Of a stretch of DNA of 44,891 bases, positions 35,812 through 44,465 are shown one piece after another. The notes below the pieces were generated by a model, which was given only the letters and a program-made list of their open reading frames with translations, ran no database searches and was not told the origin of the DNA. This stretch comes from a virus: IMG/VR virus record IMGVR_UViG_3300028048_000213, positions 1-44,891 of that record; one strand, given 5' to 3'. Numbering within the stretch: position 1 is the first letter of the stretch; each line of letters begins with the position of its first letter. The position numbers and the translations under genes were made by a program.

Positions 35812-36003
35812 TTAATCGTCGCTATTTTCTCTCTTTTTTACTGTTATCACCTTCTCATCGTCGATGACATTGACAGTCCAAGTCAACTCATCATTTGGTT
35901 CAACTTCTAAAACATCACCTATTGCCTTCGGAATGCCAGTTCGGAGGCTATTACTGGTGGTGTTTGCCTTATTGATTTTACTATGCTGTTTCAAGATTAT
36001 CAT
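35812..36003 (-). CDS. AbrB/SpoVT-like swapped-hairpin transcription regulator
   Basis: SLRTGIPKAIGDVLEVEPNDELTW pattern; the only convincing minus-strand gene; divergent from the early operon. Confidence 0.75.
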   Translation of the reverse strand: MIILKQHSKINKANTTSNSLRTGIPKAIGDVLEVEPNDELTWTVNVIDDEKVITVKKRENSDD

Positions 36004-36076
36004 ACCTCTTGTTATATTTTTCGTTATATATAATTATACTTTTTATCTATAATAAATGTTGCCATTAAATTAAACA

Positions 36077-36099
36077 AAAAGTCGCAACTTTTATATAGT
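36077..36099 (+). promoter_or_regulatory. Early promoter: palindrome AAAAGT-CGCA-ACTTTT abutting a TATA box (TTTATATA)
   Basis: Archaeal TATA-like sequence ~80 bp upstream of ATG 36177; a related palindrome ATGT-CGCT-ACAT lies at 35793-35804. Confidence 0.55.
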
Positions 36100-36176
36100 A
36101 TGAAGACCAACATTAAATCAAGCAAGACTTAAATTCTTGACTTAAAAATTTTTGCACAATAGGAATTTTGGTAACT

Positions 36177-36308
36177 ATGAAAATCGAAGAAAACACAATT
36201 GTCTTATTGCCGAATGGTGATTTGACAACTGGAGAAAACATAATACGAGCATTAAAGCTCGAAGAAAGAATACTGAAATTTGCCAAAGAAGGTGAAAACA
36301 ATGGTTAA
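36177..36308 (+). CDS. First early gene, hypothetical (43 aa)
   Basis: Open frame MKIEENTIVLLPNG...; stop overlaps the next start. Confidence 0.5.
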   Translation: MKIEENTIVLLPNGDLTTGENIIRALKLEERILKFAKEGENNG

Positions 36309-36486
36309 GCAAACTTTTTTTTCATTTAACCATGGCTTATGGGTACAAAATGCCCATGGCAAACATTATAAGGTCTTCCTCGGAAGAGGCGTACCCAAGA
36401 GCCAGTTAGTACCTGGAAGGACTGTTGAAGTTGAATTTAGAAACCATAAAGGTTACATTACCGGAGTGTGCCATGATGGATTTTGA
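36301..36486 (+). CDS. Hypothetical early protein
   Basis: GGTGA RBS before ATG 36301. Confidence 0.55.
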   Translation: MVKQTFFSFNHGLWVQNAHGKHYKVFLGRGVPKSQLVPGRTVEVEFRNHKGYITGVCHDGF

Positions 36487-36652
36487 GGATTACCTTGAAC
36501 TTGGAGCAATCCATACTGTCGAGGCTCCTGATGAAATCCCATGGTACGATCCAAAAGATGAAGAGGATTACATTGTGGATTGTTACTTGAATGATGAGGC
36601 TTATTTGGAGGCTCATATAAGCAGCCTGCTTGGTGAAGAGGTGAAACTATGA
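36473..36652 (+). CDS. Acidic hypothetical protein; its 3' end is also present at 1-63
   Basis: ATG 36473; C-terminus identical to window positions 1-63. Confidence 0.6.
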   Translation: MMDFEDYLELGAIHTVEAPDEIPWYDPKDEEDYIVDCYLNDEAYLEAHISSLLGEEVKL

Positions 36653-36858
36653 TTAATGGATTGCAGAACTTCCTTGCATATTGTTATATGTGTTATACTG
36701 GCAAGGCAAGACTAGACCGTGTACAAACTGATATCCACAGGACACTTGTCCTGGTTGGTTTTGTAACACTCCTTGTTCTTGCATTTCTGGGACTTGTAGC
36801 ACTTTGCTTCCTTATCAAGCCACCGGAATATTATAGCACACCTTTGGCTTTTTTATAG
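36649..36858 (+). CDS. Small membrane protein (paralog of 60-269)
   Basis: Same length; hydrophobic helix conserved. Confidence 0.7.
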   Translation: MINGLQNFLAYCYMCYTGKARLDRVQTDIHRTLVLVGFVTLLVLAFLGLVALCFLIKPPEYYSTPLAFL

Positions 36859-36871
36859 GAGGATTTAGTTT

Positions 36872-37060
36872 ATGAGAGTTATTAAGAAAGAAGAAAAAAT
36901 CATTACAGACTGGCACGGAGTCCTGAAAGAAATAAACAAAATAGGGGTCTTCGGAGCCAAGAAAGTACAAACCATCAGCATCAAGCAATACTGGTCAGAA
37001 CTGCATAATAAACCAGAGTATACCTTAATCATCAATACTTTGGAGGAGCATGATGACTAG
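36872..37060 (+). CDS. Hypothetical early protein (paralog of 283-471)
   Basis: Near-identical protein. Confidence 0.7.
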   Translation: MRVIKKEEKIITDWHGVLKEINKIGVFGAKKVQTISIKQYWSELHNKPEYTLIINTLEEHDD

Positions 37061-37247
37061 TATTGGAGAGTTAGCAGACGAATTACTCGAAGCCATTGCA
37101 TTGGAGGATATGAAATCCTTCCAAAAAAATGGTTTCTACACAACATTCACAAAGGCAGGCGATTGCAAAGTACTCGTATTCGACCTGCCCAATGAACAAA
37201 CCAAACTCGAACAATTCAACATATGGAGGACCAAGAATGGCAACTAA
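37053..37247 (+). CDS. Hypothetical early protein (paralog of 464-658)
   Basis: Identical protein. Confidence 0.7.
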   Translation: MTSIGELADELLEAIALEDMKSFQKNGFYTTFTKAGDCKVLVFDLPNEQTKLEQFNIWRTKNGN

Positions 37248-37611
37248 ACAAGAAGAAACCCAAGAAATGAAACCATTACGATACACCGACACCGTTTACA
37301 ACTGCATCGGACTATGGAGACAAAAAGGCATCGACGTCAACATGATGCTAATCAAAGAACTAGAAGGAGCAAAGAAAAACCTGGACGTCTACCGACAGAA
37401 AGTCGACATCGACAAAAACACCCTATTGCTTGAAACCAATTGGGACAAGGTGAACGAAGAAAGGAAAGCACAAGGATTAACAAAAATATCAAATGAGAGT
37501 ATGAGAAAGGCTTACATTGACAGTCAGCTCGTACAAGAAAAAAGAGAACTAAACACACTCATAGTAGAGTATGAAACACTATTAAGAATTTATGATGCAA
37601 TCAAGGAGTAA
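37237..37611 (+). CDS. Helical early protein (paralog of 648-1022)
   Basis: Near-identical protein. Confidence 0.75.
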   Translation: MATKQEETQEMKPLRYTDTVYNCIGLWRQKGIDVNMMLIKELEGAKKNLDVYRQKVDIDKNTLLLETNWDKVNEERKAQGLTKISNESMRKAYIDSQLVQEKRELNTLIVEYETLLRIYDAIKE

Positions 37612-37619
37612 CTGATACT

Positions 37620-37970
37620 ATGGCATTCGAAACAATCACACCAGGAATAGACGAAACAAGCAGATACTGGGAACCACTAACAGTTGGAGACCAAATAGAA
37701 GGAAACGTAATCGATTTTGTAGAAGACAACTACGGCAATACTCGTATCCTACTTGAATTGGAGAGCGGATTCGAAAAAGAACTACCATCTCACAGGGACC
37801 TGCAAAGATACAACAGGAAAGTAGACATCGGCGACTACATCAGAGTAACCCTTGCGAAGATAATACCATCTAACAATGAAAACTACGCCGACAAAAGAGT
37901 ATACAAAGTCGAAAAAGACCCAAGCAGAAGAGTAGAATACGAAGAAGAGGAGGCAGAATATGACTACTAA
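37620..37970 (+). CDS. Putative OB-fold ssDNA-binding protein
   Basis: YWEPLTVGDQIEGNV...VDIGDYIRVT...YKV OB-like pattern; acidic C-terminal tail EEEEAEYDY. Confidence 0.55.
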   Translation: MAFETITPGIDETSRYWEPLTVGDQIEGNVIDFVEDNYGNTRILLELESGFEKELPSHRDLQRYNRKVDIGDYIRVTLAKIIPSNNENYADKRVYKVEKDPSRRVEYEEEEAEYDY

Positions 37971-38781
37971 AAACGAAATCATAGAGGCGGAGGCAAAAAC
38001 CTCCTCCCTCGACCTAATCAAAGACGAAAACAAACTCAAAACCGAAAACCATAACGCCCTAGCAGTAGTACACGAAGTATTACACAACAAGGAGAAACCC
38101 GTTATAGTAAACGGGAAACGCCATCTTGAATTCGAAGACTGGATCGCACTAGGCAATGCATTCGGAATAGCCGTAAGAACCGGTGAAGCGGAACCAGTCG
38201 AGATATTCGAGGCCAAGGGATTCAAAGCAAGAGCTGAAGTAGTGAGAGTATCCGATGGCATAATCATTGGTGGAGCCGAAGCTTACTGCTTGAACAATGA
38301 AAGAAACTGGAGAAACAAGGATTACTTCCAAATGGCTAGCATGGCGCAAACTCGTGCTGGTTCGAAGGCCCTTTCCAACCAGTTAAGAGGATTCGTAAGC
38401 CTTGACAAAAACTTGAATGGCACACCATCCGAAGAAATGGTAGGGATAAACAATGAGAAAAAAGGTCAAGTTAGGCGTAGGAAGAAGGCTCCGGCACAAC
38501 CGAAAAAAGAAAAAGAAGCTGAAGAAGCCGAAGTCATCGAAGCCGAAATAGTTGAAGAAAAACCAAAATCCGATAACCCAGCACTCGTACTCAAAGGAAC
38601 CGACAATGTGGTACTCGGCGAATGGTTTAGGAAGATTATCCAAAAACTCGAAAGACGCGGAGACGAACTCAACAAGAAAAACTTCACCCGCATCAGTAAG
38701 ATATGGGCATTCGACAACCAATACCCTGACTTCAATGAGGACATTTGTAAAAACTTACTTGAACACGTGGAAGAAGCATAA
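37960..38781 (+). CDS. Putative single-strand annealing protein (homolog of 1031-1705)
   Basis: Shared W..LG...GI, KARA and ASMAQTRA motifs. Confidence 0.55.
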   Translation: MTTKNEIIEAEAKTSSLDLIKDENKLKTENHNALAVVHEVLHNKEKPVIVNGKRHLEFEDWIALGNAFGIAVRTGEAEPVEIFEAKGFKARAEVVRVSDGIIIGGAEAYCLNNERNWRNKDYFQMASMAQTRAGSKALSNQLRGFVSLDKNLNGTPSEEMVGINNEKKGQVRRRKKAPAQPKKEKEAEEAEVIEAEIVEEKPKSDNPALVLKGTDNVVLGEWFRKIIQKLERRGDELNKKNFTRISKIWAFDNQYPDFNEDICKNLLEHVEEA

Positions 38782-38844
38782 AAACCCCTATCTTCCACCA
38801 CTTTTTTTTATCACCCAAACAAATACGGGAGGTGAAAAACCACA

Positions 38845-40881
38845 ATGACAGCACAAGTCAAAACAATACAAAGCCTAACCCAAACACTAACCGAAATCAA
38901 ACCAGAACTCACAGACACACTACTCAGACAAATCATAAGCGAAATGTTCACACAAGAAGTAGATCCAGAAACCTGTGAAGACATCATAAGGCCATTATGT
39001 GAAAACCTTGTCAACAATCCTGATTTTGAAACCATGTTTGACTGGGCCGACATAAACACATACCTAAATAATATCTACTCCTTAGAGGATAAGCCTAATA
39101 CTGGATTAGATGGTGTTAGTTTTTTATTATCAAGGAATTATGATGAGGCTGAAACCACAATGTTCAATCGTCGGTTGAAAAAGGCTTTGGCTCCGTATGG
39201 TACTAAAAAGGTTTACAGGGAGAAAACCGGAACCAACACCAGTATCATACTTAATCAGAAACTGGAGATAATCCAGTATGAATGGGATAATGGTAAGAAA
39301 GGCGAAAGGAACCTTGAAACTGTGATTAATGCTTACCCTCAGGAAGTTATAATCCATGACAGTCCGCTCGATGATATTGGCAGGACATTCACTATACGAT
39401 GGGTGAGTAAAACCAGTAGCAGAGTATTCGAGACCAATCGTAAAACCATCAAGGAAATCGAACAATACCTTGAAGAAGCCGGATGGGTAATAACACCAAG
39501 ACGATTAAAAGGAACACTCGCCGCGGTGATACAAATAAGTGTAAAGTACAAACTCGCCCAAATGCATAACGAGATTGACAATCCTGGAGTGTACTGGGAT
39601 AAAACCAATGAAGAATTGAAAATCATCCACCTTGATGTAGATGAGCCAAGCCAAGATGAAGTAAATGAGGCCCTTAATGTCATAGATTTACTTGCTCCCT
39701 TCTTTAAAGGACATGAAACCAAACTAAGCACCTGTTTAAAATGGGGATTAATGAGTATATTTGATTACAGTATCAAACAGATTGGTGGTAAATGGATGCC
39801 TTGGCTATACTTGTATGGTAAGGCTGGAAGTGGTAAGACCACCCTTGGCGAAATCATACTATTCATCTATGATATCCCAAACGAGGATAACAACCTAGGA
39901 GGCTCATCCTTTGATACAGTAGCAAGAGTCGGAAGCAGAGTAAGCCAATTCACCAAACCAATAATGGTAAGCGAACCAGAAGGAGCACTCAACAAGCCTT
40001 CAATCGTTGGAATGCTCAAAACCGCGATAGAATCCACAACAGCTCGTGGAAGATACCAAGGCAAAGCCTACAGGACAATACCAAGCTTCAGCTGTGGAAT
40101 AATAACCGCAAACCAAGGACTGCCCTCCGGTGATGCATTATTCAGAAGATTCACCAGCATCCTATTCAGCCACAACGAAAAAAAGGCCGCAGATAACAAG
40201 AAAGAATTTGATGAAATCTTCAAAATAAACAGTCCCAAAAGGAGCATACTAAACAAACTCAAAGCACTCGGAAATTATTTCATAACCGAAATAAAAAACA
40301 ATCCCGAATTATTACTCAACGATTGGCAAGAAACAGCAGACCTACTAGTAGGAAGAGCATACCTAGACACCGGCCACGATATGCCAAGTTGGATACTGGA
40401 CTGGCACAAAACCGAAACACTCGACGATCTAGATGAAGAAGAAATCGAAGAAATCAGATTATTCCTGATAGAGAAAATCAACCGAGCCACACAGAAAGTC
40501 CAAGTATGGAGTGAAGAAACCGGCAGACCATTAAACCAACAAGACCTTGACACGGATTTCAAAACCAATGATGATTTCAATGATAGAGTATGGAGTGTGT
40601 TGAATGAGAAGCTGATTCCTTGGCTTGACCTTCACCGTGGCCGTGATGGAACTATTAATGTAGTTTGCAGTAGCGGTATCAAGAAGGAACTTAAACAGAT
40701 TACTAGCAGCAGCTATAACTTGCAATCCATTAGCGAATTGTTAGGCTGGGAATACAAGCCAATATTGATTAATGGTAAAACTAAGAGGATGATGATTGTT
40801 AATTATCATGATTTCTTGGATTTCCTGTATCCTAAACTTGACGAGTATGATGGCGAAGGCAACTTTGAGGTGATAAGGTAA
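38845..40881 (+). CDS. AAA+/SF3-like putative replicative helicase (DUF927/Cch-like)
   Basis: Walker A GKAGSGKT, Walker B IMVSE, motif C IITAN, arginine finger RRF; GGAGGTGA RBS. Confidence 0.7.
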   Translation: MTAQVKTIQSLTQTLTEIKPELTDTLLRQIISEMFTQEVDPETCEDIIRPLCENLVNNPDFETMFDWADINTYLNNIYSLEDKPNTGLDGVSFLLSRNYDEAETTMFNRRLKKALAPYGTKKVYREKTGTNTSIILNQKLEIIQYEWDNGKKGERNLETVINAYPQEVIIHDSPLDDIGRTFTIRWVSKTSSRVFETNRKTIKEIEQYLEEAGWVITPRRLKGTLAAVIQISVKYKLAQMHNEIDNPGVYWDKTNEELKIIHLDVDEPSQDEVNEALNVIDLLAPFFKGHETKLSTCLKWGLMSIFDYSIKQIGGKWMPWLYLYGKAGSGKTTLGEIILFIYDIPNEDNNLGGSSFDTVARVGSRVSQFTKPIMVSEPEGALNKPSIVGMLKTAIESTTARGRYQGKAYRTIPSFSCGIITANQGLPSGDALFRRFTSILFSHNEKKAADNKKEFDEIFKINSPKRSILNKLKALGNYFITEIKNNPELLLNDWQETADLLVGRAYLDTGHDMPSWILDWHKTETLDDLDEEEIEEIRLFLIEKINRATQKVQVWSEETGRPLNQQDLDTDFKTNDDFNDRVWSVLNEKLIPWLDLHRGRDGTINVVCSSGIKKELKQITSSSYNLQSISELLGWEYKPILINGKTKRMMIVNYHDFLDFLYPKLDEYDGEGNFEVIR

Positions 40882-40890
40882 AAACACAAG

Positions 40891-41106
40891 ATTACATTTG
40901 AAATTACATTTTGTCTTTGTAATTCCAAAACCTTGGAGAACTCAGTATTTTGTAGTTTTGAGTATTCATAGGATTTATTATAAAATTACAAAATTTTTTC
41001 AATGGGTATTGGTATATTACAGAGCGACCTTTTTTATTGTTTGTAATTTTGTAATAATGTAATTCTAAACAATAAAATAAGCAATGTAATTTTGTAATTT
41101 TGTAAT
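40891..41106. repeat. AT-rich cluster of ATTACA/TGTAAT repeats; candidate origin B
   Basis: ATTACA at 40891, 40903, 40985, 41016; TGTAAT at 40918, 41042, 41050, 41058, 41085, 41093, 41101. Confidence 0.75.
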
Positions 41107-41134
41107 TTCAAAAAAAAATATAAGGAGACAACTT

Positions 41135-41503
41135 ATGTTAACTTGTGAATACGATGAAAGAAACCAATGCACAGGCTGCAAACTAGAAAACAACTGCCTA
41201 CTCAAAATAGGACTAACACCCAGCCTAAAACAAATACAAGACCACATACGAGACCTACTCAAGTTGATAAACATGGCAGAAACAGACCTAAACACAATCG
41301 ACAAAATACAACGATTCATCGACAACGGATTATACGAAAAACAAAGAAACATCTTCGGCGATCCAATAACAAAGGTTAGTGATGTTGCCAATTATCCACC
41401 AAGGGATGAAGTAGCTGAAGAATTGGATGATTTACGGTATGAGCTTAAATTGTACAGGCGTAAGGAATTCGAATTGATTAAAGAAGTGGTGAATAAATTA
41501 TGA
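41135..41503 (+). CDS. Hypothetical protein with N-terminal Cys cluster
   Basis: GGAG RBS; C...CxxC...C. Confidence 0.65.
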   Translation: MLTCEYDERNQCTGCKLENNCLLKIGLTPSLKQIQDHIRDLLKLINMAETDLNTIDKIQRFIDNGLYEKQRNIFGDPITKVSDVANYPPRDEVAEELDDLRYELKLYRRKEFELIKEVVNKL

Positions 41504-42213
41504 AGATAATTGTTGATACTCGTGAGAATGGTCCGCATGGTTTAACATCTACAAGGAAGAGCAGAGCCCAAGACTATTATCAGGGTAAGGGTTACGATTG
41601 CGAAATACGACAACTTGAATTCGGGGATTACTTATTCAATAACCAAGTGGTTTTTGAGTATAAACTAATCGATGACCTGATGAAAAGCATCACTAATGGT
41701 CGTTTATTTGATGAGTGTGTTAACCAAACAGTAACCTACCCTTACAGCTACTTGATTGTTGAAGGAGATTTGCAGGATTATATCTTGGACACTTGGGAAT
41801 CCTATATTGTGAGAAAGCAATACACATATGATTACCAAAAATATATCAAATCCACTTATGCCAGATACGAAGGGGCAATAAGACGGGTGCAGACCATCTG
41901 CCCAGTCATCTATGCAGCATCTGAGAGTGTGGCTTTCCAGGAGATGTTACTTCAGGCTCAGAAATGTTGTGAAAGCCGGTATTATGGTAGTGAGGTTAAG
42001 AATCTTGTTAAATCTGCTTCCGCGGTGGATAGTGTGTTGTGTAGTGTTAAGGGTGTGAGTGATAAGAAGGCAAAACTGATTAAGGAAACCTTAAAGATTA
42101 AAAGGCTACATGATTTAATTAATTGTTCTGTTGAGGATTTTAACAAGGTACGAGGGATAGGTGAAAAAACTTCACTTAACATATATGAGTTTATTCATAA
42201 AAAGGAGGATTGA
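41500..42213 (+). CDS. ERCC4/XPF-family nuclease with HhH motifs (divergent allele of 4973-5686)
   Basis: VDTRE...GDY...EYKLIDDLMKSI; VRGIGEKT; same length (237 aa) as the A allele. Confidence 0.85.
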   Translation: MKIIVDTRENGPHGLTSTRKSRAQDYYQGKGYDCEIRQLEFGDYLFNNQVVFEYKLIDDLMKSITNGRLFDECVNQTVTYPYSYLIVEGDLQDYILDTWESYIVRKQYTYDYQKYIKSTYARYEGAIRRVQTICPVIYAASESVAFQEMLLQAQKCCESRYYGSEVKNLVKSASAVDSVLCSVKGVSDKKAKLIKETLKIKRLHDLINCSVEDFNKVRGIGEKTSLNIYEFIHKKED

Positions 42214-42455
42214 TAATATTTTGTGAAACTAGTGATGATTTCAACAGCAGAGAATATAAGGGGTACAAGCCTTACCAGGAGCCAAGGCGTGGTTATGATT
42301 GGAAGGATTATGTAAGCTTGAATGATGATGGTGATGGTGTGGAGTGTTGTCATATGTGCGACATCCGAAAAACCGGTTGCATAAGCAAGACTACACCACG
42401 CTATTATTGTAAACGGGATAAGCGATCAATACAGACAAGTTTAGGAGATTACTAG
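42210..42455 (+). CDS. Small Cys-rich protein with PIP-box-like end (paralog of 5683-5928)
   Basis: Near-identical protein; ends QTSLGDY. Confidence 0.7.
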   Translation: MIIFCETSDDFNSREYKGYKPYQEPRRGYDWKDYVSLNDDGDGVECCHMCDIRKTGCISKTTPRYYCKRDKRSIQTSLGDY

Positions 42456-42456
42456 A

Positions 42457-42669
42457 ATGTTGGAAGTAGTACAGGAAGAGGATAAAGTGAAATGCAGTAA
42501 GGATTTGAATTATATCAAATTAAGTTTGAGTAATCTACGAGTGGGTCATAGTCAGTTAATGCTTGACCTGCCACTTGATTACCATACGGAAGAGTTTGAT
42601 AATGCGTTTATTGATTTGGTGGATGAGTTGGAGGATTTAGTTAAGGATTACGAGGAGAGAATATTATGA
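42457..42669 (+). CDS. Acidic hypothetical protein
   Basis: Coupled ORF present only in B. Confidence 0.55.
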   Translation: MLEVVQEEDKVKCSKDLNYIKLSLSNLRVGHSQLMLDLPLDYHTEEFDNAFIDLVDELEDLVKDYEERIL

Positions 42670-43619
42670 GTGATGCTAAATTAATTCAAGGAGATTGTTT
42701 AAAGGTTATGCAAGACCTTATCGATGATGGTGTAAAAGTGGATATGGTATTAACTGACCCTCCATATGGTAATGTGAAAGGATTAACTCTTGATGGGTGG
42801 AATGACAATTCTGTTGAATGGGATAATACCTTGCCAACAAAAGAGATGTTTGATTGTTGTGAGAAATTATTAAGAATGAATAGAGTTTGTATACTATTTA
42901 GCCAAGAGCCATACACCAGTTATTTAAGACAATTTAAACCAGAAAACCTCCCTTTTATTTACCCATTATACTGGTTTAAAGACCATTTCGCTAATCCTTT
43001 CAATAGCAAATCCGCACCCGTTTCTTATGTTGAAGATTTGAGTGTTTTTCGTAAAAGATGGGATAGTGATAATAAACACCCATTAAGGATTTATGCCCAA
43101 CAATTATTAAATGAGATGGGAGTTTCATATAAAGATATTGAAAGAAGATTAGGTCATAGGAGAGCCGAACACTTTTTTTATAGGGTGGAAAGTAGCCAAT
43201 TTTCATTATGTACTGAAAACACTTATAATGAATTAATTAGTGTGTTCAATATTGATAAGTTGCCTTGTTTTAAAAGTTATAGTGAACTTGAAGAGATTAA
43301 CTTTAAATTCAAGTCTAAATTCAAGTCTAAATTCAATTTAAAGGGTGATAAAAAATATAAATCAAATGTTTTAGAGTACCCTAAAAGTTATAATCATTAT
43401 CACCCTACTGAAAAACCTGTTCCTTTGTTGAAAGATTTAATATTGACATATTCTGATGTTGGAGATACAGTATTAGACTTTACAATGGGTAGTGGTTCGA
43501 CTGGTGTCGCTTGTATGGAAACCAATCGTAATTTTATTGGCATAGAATTAGAACCGAAATACTACGAAATAGCAGAAAAAAGAATAAGCGAAGCGAAAGC
43601 ACAGAGGAGATTAATATGA
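42666..43619 (+). CDS. Orphan beta-class N6-adenine/N4-cytosine DNA methyltransferase
   Basis: DPPY (motif IV) precedes HPTEKP and VLDFTMGSGSTG (motif I); ends QRRLI. Confidence 0.9.
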   Translation: MSDAKLIQGDCLKVMQDLIDDGVKVDMVLTDPPYGNVKGLTLDGWNDNSVEWDNTLPTKEMFDCCEKLLRMNRVCILFSQEPYTSYLRQFKPENLPFIYPLYWFKDHFANPFNSKSAPVSYVEDLSVFRKRWDSDNKHPLRIYAQQLLNEMGVSYKDIERRLGHRRAEHFFYRVESSQFSLCTENTYNELISVFNIDKLPCFKSYSELEEINFKFKSKFKSKFNLKGDKKYKSNVLEYPKSYNHYHPTEKPVPLLKDLILTYSDVGDTVLDFTMGSGSTGVACMETNRNFIGIELEPKYYEIAEKRISEAKAQRRLI

Positions 43620-43699
43620 GTGAAGCTGATTATTGCATCCTTGGAGAAGGATTTTGCCAATGGTGTAGGTATTGTATAATCAAGTATAAGGAGGAGTAA
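43616..43699 (+). CDS. Cys-rich microprotein (27 aa)
   Basis: ATGA and TAATG coupling at both ends; MSEADYCILGEGFCQWCRYCIIKYKEE. Confidence 0.45.
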   Translation: MSEADYCILGEGFCQWCRYCIIKYKEE

Positions 43700-44451
43700 T
43701 GATGGGAGAAAAAGAATTTGAAAAGGAATTCAACAAGCTCACATACTCTCATGAAGTGAGCATAGTGTTCAATGATTTCCTTGATTACACTATAGACCTG
43801 TTCACTATCAACCCTGACACCAAGCTATTCAATTGCAAGAACTACAAGGATAAAGAGTATGAGTATTTCTATAACATGTTCAGGGAACTTGTCCTTTGGA
43901 CCCGGGATGAATTAGAGCACAGACCCTTCTTTGATGGGCTTGGCACATTCTACGAGGACATTGTACAATCAAAATACAAGGCCGGGACAACTGGACAATT
44001 CTTCACACCCATGGATGTGACAAGATTAATGACCCGGCTTGTGGATGATGAAGAAAACCCTGTGGAAGATGTCAAGTGTGTTTATGATTGTGCCTGTGGA
44101 AGCAGCAGAACCTTATTATCCCACCATACTCAAAGACCTTATGACCTGTGCTTTGGCTGGGATTTGGATAGCACAAGCGTGAAGATGAGTGTTATAAATT
44201 TCCTCCTGCATGGTGTTAAAGGCAGCGTATGCCACATGAACAGTTTGAGCCTTGAGTTTTTCACCGGTTTCAAGGTCAATGAATTTATTGACCTGGGCAG
44301 ACCTTTCACTGTCTATCAATGCAGCAGTTGGAGGGAAAGTCAAGTATTCATAGGGCACAACACCAAGCAGGATGTTGTTACTGTGAAAGAAGAGGAGCGG
44401 CCTGTTGTTGAGAAGGCTATGGACAAAACAAAACAGACCACATTAATCTAG
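43699..44451 (+). CDS. Short HsdM-like protein lacking the NPPY/F motif (divergent allele of 5930-6655)
   Basis: GQFFTP, DCACGS, GWDLD; no motif IV; ends QTTLI. Confidence 0.75.
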   Translation: MMGEKEFEKEFNKLTYSHEVSIVFNDFLDYTIDLFTINPDTKLFNCKNYKDKEYEYFYNMFRELVLWTRDELEHRPFFDGLGTFYEDIVQSKYKAGTTGQFFTPMDVTRLMTRLVDDEENPVEDVKCVYDCACGSSRTLLSHHTQRPYDLCFGWDLDSTSVKMSVINFLLHGVKGSVCHMNSLSLEFFTGFKVNEFIDLGRPFTVYQCSSWRESQVFIGHNTKQDVVTVKEEERPVVEKAMDKTKQTTLI

Positions 44452-44465
44452 TGGGAGGAGTTTGT

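Larger units (their letters stand above)
1..36589 (+). mobile_element. Complete unit of a temperate siphovirus-like virus of a Methanobacteriales host (variant A), circularly permuted
   Basis: Full gene set (terminase, portal, protease, capsid, tail, lysis, integrase). The sequence at 36590 resumes that at position 1 (offset 36589). Confidence 0.9.
36590..37634 (+). repeat. Direct repeat copy B1 (homologous to 1-1045)
   Basis: Same alignment as copy A1. Confidence 0.95.
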
